Source: Abditibacterium sp.
GTDB taxonomy: Bacteria; Armatimonadota; Abditibacteriia; Abditibacteriales; Abditibacteriaceae
Assembly: GCA_965199495.1 (NCBI GenBank)
Contig: CBDASK010000003.1
Coordinates: 480,001-544,000 of the forward strand
Length of the DNA stretch: 64,000 bases
Reading direction: 5' to 3'
Every line of letters starts with the position of its first letter. Within the stretch, counting starts at the first letter, position 1. Below, one piece after another: positions 49,192-59,271 of the stretch. The notes under the pieces were generated by a model. It was not told where the DNA came from. It saw only the letters and a program-made list of their open reading frames with translations, and did not search any database. The translations under genes were made by a program, and so were the position numbers.

Positions 49192-49390
49192 GAAAGTAAA
49201 TCTCCTCCAAGTTTATCGCTAAAGTAGCGAACTGAATTTATTATACCCAGATTGCGACATTTTCAAACATTTCTGGGAAATTTTTTCGATTTTTAGAATT
49301 CGCCGTCAGCGAAAGCCATCCTTAACTGCGAACCGTAAGCGAGCAGCCACGTTCACGCCATTGAGCTTGGACGTGACAGCTCGCTCGTAC

Positions 49391-51880
49391 TCACAGCGCG
49401 CAGTTGAGGCGATTTGCGTGGTGCGATTGCAAAACTGAGCTTTTGTCCACGCCCGCCGTCAATTCGAGAGCGCCGCTTTTCAATTGCGGGGCGCTGGCGT
49501 GCACGACGATTTTTCCATGCGCGCCTTTTTGGGCGCGCACGATGACCAGCGCCAAACCATTAAACGCGCGGCGAGAGTGCGAGTGAAACGCCGTCAAATC
49601 GGTCGCGTCGCCGTTATCGGTCGCCACGATCTCGCCCGCGCCTTCGACCGAAAAACTCAATTCGTCATGCGAGCGCGGCACTATCAATCCCTGCGCATCG
49701 GCGATTTTTATCGTGATAAACGACAAATCGTCGCCATCGCTTTTAATCGTAGCACGGTCGGCGATCATCTCGATGCGCGTGGCTGCGCCGGTCGTTTTCA
49801 CCGTTTCGCTCGCCCACTTCGCGCCGTTTTTGTAAGCCACGACACGCAATTCACCGGGATCATAAATAACGTTGTCCCAGCGCAAACGATATTCAAATTC
49901 GCCCTTTTTGCGACGGCCCAGACTTTGGCCGTTGAGGAACAGTTCGGCTTCGTCGCCCGACGTGTAAACGTGAACCGGCGTGATTTGCCCGACGCGTTCG
50001 GGCCAGTTCCAGTGCGGCAGAATGTGCGCCATCGGAAAGTCGGGACGCCAGCGCGCCTGATAAAGATAAAAGCGATCTTTGGGGAAACCGGCCAAATCAA
50101 CGATGCCAAAATACGAACTGCGCGCCGGACTTTTGATGCGGCCCAGTTCGGCCAACTGCTTTTCGGCGCGCGCTCGCTCGGCGGGATCGGAATAGTTGAG
50201 CAGATTGGTCGGGTCGTCGTTGTAAGGCGTCGGCTCGCCTAGATAATCGAAGCCCGTCCACACGAACTCGCCCGCCATCGCCGGATTTTGGTCTTGCCCG
50301 GCGAATTCTACATCGGGCGTTTGCGCCCAATCAGGAAAAAACAGATCGTAGGAACTGACCTGAAAATTGGCTTGATTCGCGGCGACTTCGCCCGAAACCG
50401 GAAAGAAATACTCGCCGCGCGACGAAAGCGTCGAAGCGGTTTCGCTGCCGTAAAGCGGAATTTGCGGGTTGGTTTTGCCAAAGCGCGCGTAAAGATGCGG
50501 CTTGTAATTGTAGCCGAAAACATCCATCGTTGTCTCGAAACCGTTGAACGCTGCTTCGGGCAGGTTACTGCCGCTGGTTACGGGCCGTGTCGCGTCGTGT
50601 TTGCGCACGATTTCAGTGAGAAAGCGCGAGATTTGATGGCCGTCTTCGCCCCACTGCTCGCCGACTTCGTTGCCCGAACTCCACGCGATAACGCACGGAT
50701 GATTACGGTCGCGCCGCACCATGGCGGCGATATCTTTTTCGGCCCATTCATCGAAAAGACGCGCGTAACCGTTGGGTTTTTTAGCGTCTTTCCAAGTATC
50801 GGAAAACTCATCGATCACCAGAAAGCCCATTTCGTCGCACAAATCCAACCATTCGGGCGCGGGTGGATTGTGGCTGCACCGGATCGCGTTAACGCCCATC
50901 TTTTGCAAAATTTCCAGTTGCCGCTGTGCCGCGCGCGCGTTCCAGGCCGCGCCCAGAGCACCCAAGTCGTGGTGCAGACAAACACCCCTGAGTGGCACGA
51001 CCTCGCCGTTAAGCAAAAAGCCGCGCTCGGCATTCCACTCGATTTCGCGGATGCCAAAACGTGTTTGGTAACGGTCGAGAGTCTGCTCGCCCAGCTTGAT
51101 CTGCGAAACCAGCGTATAGAGATGCCGCTCCTCAAGCGTCCACTGGCGCGCATTGGCAATGACGAGCGTCGCGTCCACGGTTTGCCCGGCACCCGCCGCC
51201 AGTTCGAGGCGCGTTTGGTTGGTCGCCACGGTATTGAAGTCGGCGTCCAGCACCGTCGAAACCAACGTCACCTCGCGCGCGCCATTGTCCTCGTTGCACA
51301 GCTCAATTTTAGCGCTCACACGCGCGCCGGTGCCCTCGATTTGAGTCGAAATTTGCGTGCCCCAGTGCGCGACGTGAACGCGCTCAGTCGTCAGCAAAAA
51401 GACGTTGCGATAGAGGCCGCCACCTGGATACCAGCGCGACGAATCGGGTGGATTGTCCAACCGAATCGCCAGCACGTTGGGCGCGTCGGGTTGAAGAAAT
51501 GGCATCAAATCGAGTGCCCACGACGTGTAGCCGTAAGGCCAGCCACCGACATAATGCCCGTTGCACCAGACTTTGGAAAAAGACATCGCGCCCTCGATTT
51601 CCAGCGTAAAATTCTTGTTCCGTTCATGCTGGGCGACTACGAACGTTTTGCGATACCAACCCACGCCCGCCCAAGGCAGTTTGCCAGTCTCGCCGGGCAA
51701 ATTGATGTCGAAGTCACCTTCAACTCCCCAGTCATGCGGTAAGTCCAAGGCGCGCCAACTCGTATCGTCGTAATCCACGCGTTGCGGCAAAACGTCACTC
51801 AAATCGCCCCGATAAAAGCGCCAGCCGGCATTAAAAAGAGCGCGCTCACGCGTCACGGATTCGGCAAATTGGAAGAGCAT
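49391..51880 (-). CDS. GH2 beta-galactosidase (DUF4982-containing type)
   Basis: LPHDW, SRWYPGGGLYR, GVCLHHDLG, NAIRCSHNP, GNE, SET and WTGFDYLGEPTP. Confidence 0.92.
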   Translation of the reverse strand: MLFQFAESVTRERALFNAGWRFYRGDLSDVLPQRVDYDDTSWRALDLPHDWGVEGDFDINLPGETGKLPWAGVGWYRKTFVVAQHERNKNFTLEIEGAMSFSKVWCNGHYVGGWPYGYTSWALDLMPFLQPDAPNVLAIRLDNPPDSSRWYPGGGLYRNVFLLTTERVHVAHWGTQISTQIEGTGARVSAKIELCNEDNGAREVTLVSTVLDADFNTVATNQTRLELAAGAGQTVDATLVIANARQWTLEERHLYTLVSQIKLGEQTLDRYQTRFGIREIEWNAERGFLLNGEVVPLRGVCLHHDLGALGAAWNARAAQRQLEILQKMGVNAIRCSHNPPAPEWLDLCDEMGFLVIDEFSDTWKDAKKPNGYARLFDEWAEKDIAAMVRRDRNHPCVIAWSSGNEVGEQWGEDGHQISRFLTEIVRKHDATRPVTSGSNLPEAAFNGFETTMDVFGYNYKPHLYARFGKTNPQIPLYGSETASTLSSRGEYFFPVSGEVAANQANFQVSSYDLFFPDWAQTPDVEFAGQDQNPAMAGEFVWTGFDYLGEPTPYNDDPTNLLNYSDPAERARAEKQLAELGRIKSPARSSYFGIVDLAGFPKDRFYLYQARWRPDFPMAHILPHWNWPERVGQITPVHVYTSGDEAELFLNGQSLGRRKKGEFEYRLRWDNVIYDPGELRVVAYKNGAKWASETVKTTGAATRIEMIADRATIKSDGDDLSFITIKIADAQGLIVPRSHDELSFSVEGAGEIVATDNGDATDLTAFHSHSRRAFNGLALVIVRAQKGAHGKIVVHASAPQLKSGALELTAGVDKSSVLQSHHANRLNCAL

Positions 51881-52128
51881 ATAAAGCAAAGTTATAGCAT
51901 ATAAACCCGATAAAAATTGCGGTTCAACGCCGCAAAGACCGGCAGAATTTTCTAATCACGTCACAAAACGTTTGCTTCGCTCTGCGGATTAGAAATTTAA
52001 GAATGCAACCGTCGAGCAAGCTGAGACTTTATTAAACCTCTTGTATAAGTCTTCATTTCAACGAGCAGTGAGCGCCTTACGTTGTAATATTCCAGTTCAT
52101 CGTGGCTCTTCTGACAAAGCGAAGCTGA

Positions 52129-52312
52129 CTTACATAATTCACTTTACGCGGTTGGGTTATGGTAGGGCACATCTAAGGCGTTTTGAGCGTGAGAAGGGAT
52201 CGAATTCTCTCACGTTTATTTTCGATTGAGGCACTTTCATTTTTCTGGAAGCCCATATCTACGCGCGGACAGATACTACGATAACCCGACCGCGTAAAGT
52301 GAGTTATGTAAG
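52129..52312. mobile_element. MITE-like element or IS remnant with 37-bp terminal inverted repeats
   Basis: 52129-52165 is the reverse complement of 52276-52312 with 3 mismatches; the 110-bp interior is non-coding. Confidence 0.55.
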
Positions 52313-52354
52313 AGGTCTATTTATTTGCGCGGTCTTGCGAAATTTCGCTTCCAA

Positions 52355-53545
52355 TTATTGGTTGGAACGTGGGGTTTGCGCGCTCAACGCGTCGAGCGCC
52401 GGAAGCGCCTCAAACTTATCGTTAAACAGCATTTTAGGGCCGAGATAATGCCCTAGACCTTCAATCGGCACCCATTCGGGCGCCCACCAAATTAGGCCGC
52501 GCCCCAATCCATTGGGCACTTCGCTCATAGTTTGGGTCAGGCTTTGCAGCCACGCCTTCTGACCTGCGGGCGTGGGCGGGAACTCCCACTGCGCGCGTTT
52601 GGCGCTATCGTTTTCGGCAAAGGGATAATTGGTCTCGGCCAAAATGATTGGCTTTTTGTAAGTCTGCGCCAACTCTTCCAAAGACGATTTCAATTGCGCC
52701 ATGCGCGTGTCAGGGCCAGGATAGTAGCTTAAGCCGATCACGTCGAAATCGATTCCGCCGCTTTTTTTGTCCAACTCGCTAAAAAACCATTTCCACAGAT
52801 CGGTATCGGCGTTGACGATGTGAATCATGATGAGCGGCATTTTCGCGCCGACTGCGCCACGCCTGACGCCCGCAACTCCGGCGCGAAACAGCGTCGCGTA
52901 GCGCGCCCAACCGCCCGCTTCGAGCGTTTTGCCGTCGGGCCATAACATTCCGTTGGGCGTTTCATTGCCGATCTGCACCATATCGGGCATCGCGCCATTT
53001 TCTCGAAATTGGGTGACGGCATCGCAACTGTAATCTGCGACTTTGCGCGTCAATTCCTCGAAATCCAACGCTTTCCAGGCCGCCGGTTTGGTTTGATGAC
53101 CTGGATCGGCCCAGGTGTCAGAGTAGTGAATATCGAGCAAAAACAGCAGGCCCGCCGCCTTAACGCGTTTGGCGAGCGCGAGCGTATAAGGCAAATCGTT
53201 GACGTTCATATTTTTACCATCGGGCGCCACCCACAATCGCAAACGCACGATGTTAGCGCCACGCGCCTTCATCATCTCCAGCACGTCTCCCTCTTCCTCA
53301 TTGCGGGAATAACGCCCGCCTAATTCTTCGATACGCGCCAGAAATGAAAGGTCGCCACCTACCACAAAAGGCACTGCTGCGGGTGAAACGCGCCCAAACG
53401 GTGGCGCCTTCTCGTCGGCGCGCGCAGCAACGCTGAGCGTTAGCCAAATGCCAAGCGCCATTAGTGCCCACGCACGCGCGAATTTCGAACTTGATATAAC
53501 GTTAAACTTCGGGTTGAATGGAAGAGTGTTTAAAGTAATTTTCAT
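52355..53545 (-). CDS. GH53 endo-beta-1,4-galactanase, secreted
   Basis: GGDLS, RLRLWV, DIHYSDTWADPG, QIGNE, LAETNYP and WWAPEW. Confidence 0.92.
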   Translation of the reverse strand: MKITLNTLPFNPKFNVISSSKFARAWALMALGIWLTLSVAARADEKAPPFGRVSPAAVPFVVGGDLSFLARIEELGGRYSRNEEEGDVLEMMKARGANIVRLRLWVAPDGKNMNVNDLPYTLALAKRVKAAGLLFLLDIHYSDTWADPGHQTKPAAWKALDFEELTRKVADYSCDAVTQFRENGAMPDMVQIGNETPNGMLWPDGKTLEAGGWARYATLFRAGVAGVRRGAVGAKMPLIMIHIVNADTDLWKWFFSELDKKSGGIDFDVIGLSYYPGPDTRMAQLKSSLEELAQTYKKPIILAETNYPFAENDSAKRAQWEFPPTPAGQKAWLQSLTQTMSEVPNGLGRGLIWWAPEWVPIEGLGHYLGPKMLFNDKFEALPALDALSAQTPRSNQ

Positions 53546-53656
53546 AAGTTTTTCAGTCGCAGTTAGAGAATGTCGGAGCGTCCAGGTTGCGCTGGGGGCG
53601 ATAGTCATTGGGGGCGGGCCGTCGAACTCGCTGGAGTTTTGCGGTAAAATAGAGCT

Positions 53657-54664
53657 ATGGTCAAGCCAAATCGAGCTAAAATGAAGGATGTCGCTGAGCG
53701 CGCGGGCGTGAGCTTGATGGCGGTTTCGCTGGCGCTTCGCGATGACCAGTCGTCCGCGCGCATCGGCGCCGAAACACGCGAGCGCATTTTGCAGATAGCA
53801 CGCGAGTTGTCTTATTCGCCCAGCGCGCGCGCACGCGATTTACGATCGGGCGTGACCAACGTCATCGGGCTTTACGCGGGGCATGGATTTGTCAACGTGC
53901 GCCTCCCGTTTTTTACCGAAATCGTGGCAGGTTTGCAGGCCGGGTGCGAAGAGTTCGGCAAAGATTTACTGATTCACGGCACGTTTCGCAACCGTTCCAA
54001 AGACGCGATTTGGAACGAACTGCGCGATGGCCGCATTGATGGGTTAATCGTCAATATGCCGCACAGCGATCCTTTGGCGCGGCTGTTGGCGCAGTCGCAC
54101 TTGCCGGTCGTGGCTATCGCCGACGCCCTGCCCCAAATTCCTTCGGTTGTGGTAGATGACGCTACCGGCGCGCAACTCATTGCCCGGCATCTGGCAGCAC
54201 GTGGCTACAGTAGTTGTCTCTATGTGGACAGCGGAGTTCATGCGATTTCCGCGTTACGGCGGCGCCACGCGTTCATCGAGAGTGCACTGCAACTGGGGCT
54301 TTCCACTGAAGAAGTTCCGCTGCAATCGGGCGCGCCAGCAGGCTTGGAGTTGCTGGAGAACTGGCGCGCGCGTCCCGTCAGCAGTCGTCCACGCGCCATC
54401 GTGTGCTGGAACGATGGTTTCGCCTACGACTTACTGGCCCAGTGTCGGACGCTTCAAATCGAGGTGCCGGGCGAAGTCGCCATCGTCGGATTTGATGGGT
54501 GCCCCACGCCTTACCAGGAGTTTTGGGCGCTCTCGACGGTGAGCGCGCCGTGGGCAAAAGCCGCACAAAACGCTGTCGAATTGCTCAATAATTTGATCGC
54601 GGGCCAAGAAATTCCTCAAGAAACGGTTCTTCCCGTCGAGATGATCGAAGGACAGACTTCATGA
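53657..54664 (+). CDS. LacI-family transcriptional regulator
   Basis: MKDVAERAGVSLMAVSLAL HTH, YSPS, AIVCWND and IVGFDG. Confidence 0.93.
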   Translation: MVKPNRAKMKDVAERAGVSLMAVSLALRDDQSSARIGAETRERILQIARELSYSPSARARDLRSGVTNVIGLYAGHGFVNVRLPFFTEIVAGLQAGCEEFGKDLLIHGTFRNRSKDAIWNELRDGRIDGLIVNMPHSDPLARLLAQSHLPVVAIADALPQIPSVVVDDATGAQLIARHLAARGYSSCLYVDSGVHAISALRRRHAFIESALQLGLSTEEVPLQSGAPAGLELLENWRARPVSSRPRAIVCWNDGFAYDLLAQCRTLQIEVPGEVAIVGFDGCPTPYQEFWALSTVSAPWAKAAQNAVELLNNLIAGQEIPQETVLPVEMIEGQTS

Positions 54665-54887
54665 TTTTGGTGCAGGCCAAAATCGGATAGATAGCACATT
54701 TGGGGAGTGGCGCGCGGAAACACGGAAAACGAATATGTCGCTTTCTCACACCTAAACATCACTAATTATGATTAAACGTCAACTCCGGTTTTGACTTTCC
54801 ACTTGATGAGCAGACATCCTATCATCGGCACTTCTGACAACCCAATACTTGCGCTCTATTATTTTCGCTTATTTTACTTTTTGGTGT

Positions 54888-55444
54888 ATGAACACCAACA
54901 TTTCACCCGATAACTTTTCGCGCGAACCCAACTCATCCAACACCGACACCAATGACTCAGCTAATATTTCTCGTTGCTCGCAGTGGGACGAAGACGAGAT
55001 ATTCGACGGTCGTCCTAAACCTACTACCATCCACGTTCTCGTCGTCTCGCCCGGCGAAGCGCCCTATTCGCACGAACTCGACAACACCCTCGAAGCCATG
55101 CAAGAATTCATCGGTGGCACCTTAACTTCGTTCGACACTGGCGTGTTCGATACGGTCGGTATCGCCCACGACGAGGGCCTCTTGCTCCGTCTGCCGCTCA
55201 ACCGCTTAATTCCCACGACCGGCGCCGCATCTTTGGCACCTTCTTCGTGGCGGGCAACGGCATCAACCTACACTCGCTCAACCCGGAGCAGATGGCCGTA
55301 GCCGCCAAAGTTTTCCAACATTCGTTGCGGCTCCAGCAACTCGCCCAACTGCTGCAACGCAAACGCGCTAATTTCGACAACGCGGACGATTATTGCGTCT
55401 TCACAGGAGTTTCTGTTCGATGTTTCACAGATGGTGTAATCTGA
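54888..55444 (+). pseudogene. DUF3846-like gene, frameshifted
   Basis: VLVVSPGEAP...NTLEAMQEFIGG...DEGLLLRLPLNR continues in another frame as IFGTFFVAG...SLNPEQ after about 55220. Confidence 0.6.
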
Positions 55445-55734
55445 AATGGTGAAAGCCTCTCTTTACGTTCGGCCAACTCACAGCAAAACTGGGTGGTAGG
55501 TCATCAAGATGAAATGTGGTTTTCTCGTTACGCCACACCTCATCTTCACGCTTGGACTGCGGCTAAAGCCATGCCTTTAGAACTCAAAACGCCTCCTCGA
55601 ACTCAAACTCCAGACCAAACCTCGGCCAAAGCACTGACTTGCTATGTTCTTTTACGCGAAAATAACGGAGGGATGCTCTTACGTTTTGTGGCTACCCTCG
55701 TCGAAGCCGAATTGCGCGTGCCGCAACTAACGTC

Positions 55735-57135
55735 ATGAGAAAAATTCTTTCGCTCTTAGCGCTGCTTTGTGTTTTCATCGCGCGCGCCCACGCCGACGAG
55801 CCGGAGGACGGGAAACTTTGGGTTCACGATCCCTCGCGTGCCCTCGAATGCGACGGCAAATTTTACCTTTATACCACCGGCGAGTTCATTCCTTCACGCG
55901 TTTTGAGCGATTTGATTCGTTGGGAAAAAGGCCCGAACGTTTTAGAAAAAGTGCCCGATTGGATGAAAAAATTGGTTCCTAAAGCCGACGGCAAATTCGT
56001 GTGGGCGCCCGACGTGATCAAGAGCAAGGACGAATACTGGCTCTTCTATTCTTATTCAACTTTCGGCAGTCAGACCTCGGCGATTGGTCTGCTTTCCAAT
56101 TCAACTTTAGACCCGTCCAAGCCCGATTATAAATGGGAGGACAAAGGTTTAGTGCTCGCCACCAACGGCACGCAAAAGGCCAACGCTATCGATCCGGCGC
56201 CAGTTTTCGACGGCCAGAAATTGTGGCTGAGTTACGGTTCGTGGGACAAAGGCGGCATTCACCTGGTGCAACTCGACGCTCAAACCGGCAAGCCGCTGGG
56301 CGCGCCGTTTTCGATTGCCAGCGGCCAACCGACCGGCCCGGAGGCGCCTTATCTTACTTTTCACGACGGCTATTTTTATTTGTTCGAGAACGAAGGTTTG
56401 TGCTGCAAAGGTTTGAACAGTACTTACCGCGTAATGATGGGCCGCGCCCGCGACGTGGCTGGGCCTTACCTCGACAAAAATGGGAAGGAATTAGACAAAG
56501 GCGGCGGCAGCGTGTTTCTGGAAACCGAGGGAGAAATCGTCGGGCTGGGGCATATCGGCATCGTTGTGCGCGCTGGTCTGGAGCGCGTGACCTTTCATTA
56601 TTACGGCGGCCAAACCAATGGCGTGCCGACTCTGGGCACGCGCGATTTGGTGTGCGACGCGCAGGGCTGGCCCGTAGCCACGCCGCCTTTGGCCGGCGGG
56701 CGTTACGTCCTTATCAACCGCGAGAGCGGTCTGGCGTTGGGCGTTCACAACCGCAGTTTGAACGCGGGTGCGCCACTCGATCAGTTCGCGTTTAATGGCG
56801 ACACCCTACAAAGCTGGAACGTCGTGCCGCTGGGCGATGGGTTCTATGGAATCGCGTCGCTGGGCAGCGGTCAATGGCTCGATCTGTTCGAGTGCAGTTC
56901 GACGAACGGCGCCAAGATCAGCCAATTTCCTTGGCAGAACAACGATTGCCAACGCTGGCGCATCGAAGCCGTCGATCCGGACGTTTATCGGTTGATTTGC
57001 AAAGGTGGCGGCACTGCCTTGACTTTGCCGGGCGGCGACAAAACGTCTCGCGCGCTCATGCAAGCGCAGAAATGGACGGGTGCGCGCGCCAGCAGTGGAT
57101 TTTCCGAGCATTGCCTTAGCGTTGCACTGGTTTGA
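55735..57135 (+). CDS. GH43 arabinanase-like enzyme with C-terminal ricin-B (CBM13) domain
   Basis: HDPS, WAPDV, NAIDP, YGSW and EAPY; QxW ricin repeats (QSWN, QRWR). Confidence 0.9.
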   Translation: MRKILSLLALLCVFIARAHADEPEDGKLWVHDPSRALECDGKFYLYTTGEFIPSRVLSDLIRWEKGPNVLEKVPDWMKKLVPKADGKFVWAPDVIKSKDEYWLFYSYSTFGSQTSAIGLLSNSTLDPSKPDYKWEDKGLVLATNGTQKANAIDPAPVFDGQKLWLSYGSWDKGGIHLVQLDAQTGKPLGAPFSIASGQPTGPEAPYLTFHDGYFYLFENEGLCCKGLNSTYRVMMGRARDVAGPYLDKNGKELDKGGGSVFLETEGEIVGLGHIGIVVRAGLERVTFHYYGGQTNGVPTLGTRDLVCDAQGWPVATPPLAGGRYVLINRESGLALGVHNRSLNAGAPLDQFAFNGDTLQSWNVVPLGDGFYGIASLGSGQWLDLFECSSTNGAKISQFPWQNNDCQRWRIEAVDPDVYRLICKGGGTALTLPGGDKTSRALMQAQKWTGARASSGFSEHCLSVALV

Positions 57136-57151
57136 AGGGAAACTTATAATC

Positions 57152-57209
57152 ACTCAAGTGGCCCTCGCCCTGTATGAAGTGGCGGGTAGGCTTTTAGGGC
57201 CACCTGAGT
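57152..57209. other. Intergenic stem-loop
   Basis: actcaagtggccct ... agggccacctgagt, a 14-bp inverted repeat with 1 mismatch. Confidence 0.4.
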
Positions 57210-57229
57210 AGTTACGCAAATTCTTTTTT

Positions 57230-59269
57230 ATGTCACTCTCTTCCGTCTCCGCGCCGACATCCGCACCCACCGCCGAAAATACCACACACCAACGCGGCGT
57301 CACACCGCGCGTTGTCGTTTTGTCGTTGCTCATTGCCGTGTTTTTGGCCTACGTCATTCCGGTTATTGACTACAAGTTCTTCAACACCTTTCTGGGCGCG
57401 ACTCACTTGCCTCCAGGCGCTGTCGGCGCGTTAATCTTGTTGATTTTGGTCGTCAATCCATTGCTACGATTGTTGTCGAAACGATTAACTCTGTCGCGCA
57501 ACGAAGTATTGACGGTTTACCTGACTTGTCTATTTTCAACTTTGACGGTTGGTATCGGCGGCAACAACTATTTTGTATCGTTTATTATCGGCTCGTTCTA
57601 TTACTCAACGCGCGAGAATCGTTGGTTCGATGCGCTCAAAGGTTTGCCTTCGTGGTTCACTCCGGCGTTGGGGCCGCAGGGCAGTTACAATCGAGTTTTG
57701 GTGGAGAATTGGTATACCGGCATCGGCGCCAACCAAGCCGTTCCGTGGGCGGCGTGGCTGGTGCCACTATGCGCGTGGGGTTTGTTTTTCGCGGCGGCGT
57801 TTTGGATGATGGCTTGTCTGAGCGTGATGCTACGCGCGCAGTGGGGCGACCACGAAGTTCTGTCGTTTCCGCTTTTGCGCTTGCCGCTCGAAATGACGCG
57901 CGACATGGACGAGACGCGCCAAGTGCCGCCGTTTTTCCGCGACGCGTTGATGTGGAGCGGCTTCGCCATCGTCGTTTTTATTCAGGGCATGAACGGGCTA
58001 AACCTCTACTTTCCAGACGTGCCCGCGTTTCCGCTGAGCATCAACACGGCGCCGCTTCTAACCGAAGCTCCGTGGAATCAGGTGCCGTGGCTGCCGCTGC
58101 AAATCTTCCCGATTGCCGTCGGCATTTCCTATCTGCTGACCGCCGAAATCGCGTTCTCATTGTGGGCGTTTTTCCTGCTCTTCAAGATGCAATATATCTT
58201 GGCCTACACGCTGGGATGGGCGCCCAATTCGCTGCCTAACGTGCCGCAGTCGGGCACCAAAGTTTTCATCGGCTATCAGGAAGTTGGCGCGTATCTGGCC
58301 TATGCGGTTCTGATTTTTTGGAGCGCGCGGCGTCATTTCGCCCATATCTGGCGCCGCGCGACGGGTCGCGAACGCGCCGGAGAAGTCGAACGCTCGGAAG
58401 CTCTGCCCTACCCGGTCGCGTTATGGGGCTTTGTGATCGGCTTTGCCGTTATGGTCGTCTGGGGCATGGCGGCGGGCATGAGTCTGACGCTTTCGCTATT
58501 GTTGTGGATTTCTTATGTCGTGATTGCCGTCGTTTTATCGCGTGTGGTGGCCGAGGGCGGACTGTTGTTTGTGCATCACACCTGGATGCCGCTGGGCAGT
58601 CTGGCGGGATTGTTCGGTCAGGGCGCCGGAACGCTGCTATCGCCCGCCGCCGGAGCCGCGCCCGCCGCGTTCATCGAAGTGGCGACAATTCAGGATTTCC
58701 GCGCCAGTCTGATGCCGTCTTTCGTGCAGTCGTTCAAGTTGGCGCACGACCGAGGCATCGCCGCGCGTCCGCTACTCTGGTTGATAGGCGCGGTGATCCT
58801 GGTCGGCATGGTCGTCGGTTTTGTGATGAACGTGCAGATGGGTTATCGCGGCGGCGGTTTGGGTTTGCAGGGTTGGCTCCAATTTTCCGGCCCGCGCATG
58901 GCGGCCAGCAGCGCTTATGGCATGAACACCACCACCGTCAATCCCGACGCAACGGCGTGGATTTTTACCGTCGTGGGCATCGCCGTTATCGCCATGACAG
59001 TGCTGTTGCGCGCGCGTTTCGCGTGGTTTCCGTTTCACCCACTGGGTTATCTGATGGCGACGAGCTATCCGGCCCACGCGTTCTGGTTCTCGATCTTCCT
59101 GGGCTGGCTCGCCAAAACGCTGATCGGACGCTACGGCGGCACCGACAGCGCGCGCCGCGCGCTACCGTTTTTCTTGGGCCTGGCGCTGGGCGATGTCTGT
59201 ATGATGCTGTTTTGGATCGGCGTGGACGGTTATTTTGGCCGCACCGGACACCAATTGATGCCGGGCTAA
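57230..59269 (+). CDS. DUF6785/DUF6784-like polytopic membrane protein (putative transporter)
   Basis: 679 aa with many TM segments; LRAQW..HEVLSFPL, WFPFHPLGY and RYGG......PFFLGL. Confidence 0.75.
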   Translation: MSLSSVSAPTSAPTAENTTHQRGVTPRVVVLSLLIAVFLAYVIPVIDYKFFNTFLGATHLPPGAVGALILLILVVNPLLRLLSKRLTLSRNEVLTVYLTCLFSTLTVGIGGNNYFVSFIIGSFYYSTRENRWFDALKGLPSWFTPALGPQGSYNRVLVENWYTGIGANQAVPWAAWLVPLCAWGLFFAAAFWMMACLSVMLRAQWGDHEVLSFPLLRLPLEMTRDMDETRQVPPFFRDALMWSGFAIVVFIQGMNGLNLYFPDVPAFPLSINTAPLLTEAPWNQVPWLPLQIFPIAVGISYLLTAEIAFSLWAFFLLFKMQYILAYTLGWAPNSLPNVPQSGTKVFIGYQEVGAYLAYAVLIFWSARRHFAHIWRRATGRERAGEVERSEALPYPVALWGFVIGFAVMVVWGMAAGMSLTLSLLLWISYVVIAVVLSRVVAEGGLLFVHHTWMPLGSLAGLFGQGAGTLLSPAAGAAPAAFIEVATIQDFRASLMPSFVQSFKLAHDRGIAARPLLWLIGAVILVGMVVGFVMNVQMGYRGGGLGLQGWLQFSGPRMAASSAYGMNTTTVNPDATAWIFTVVGIAVIAMTVLLRARFAWFPFHPLGYLMATSYPAHAFWFSIFLGWLAKTLIGRYGGTDSARRALPFFLGLALGDVCMMLFWIGVDGYFGRTGHQLMPG

Positions 59270-59271
59270 GT

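Noticed and set aside
50288..51742. 484-aa plus-strand ORF
   Set aside because: Antisense shadow of the GH2 gene.
43971..53135. Identical ~35-bp stretch at about 43971 and 53103
   Set aside because: It encodes the conserved DIHYSDTWADP motif of paralogous GH53 genes.
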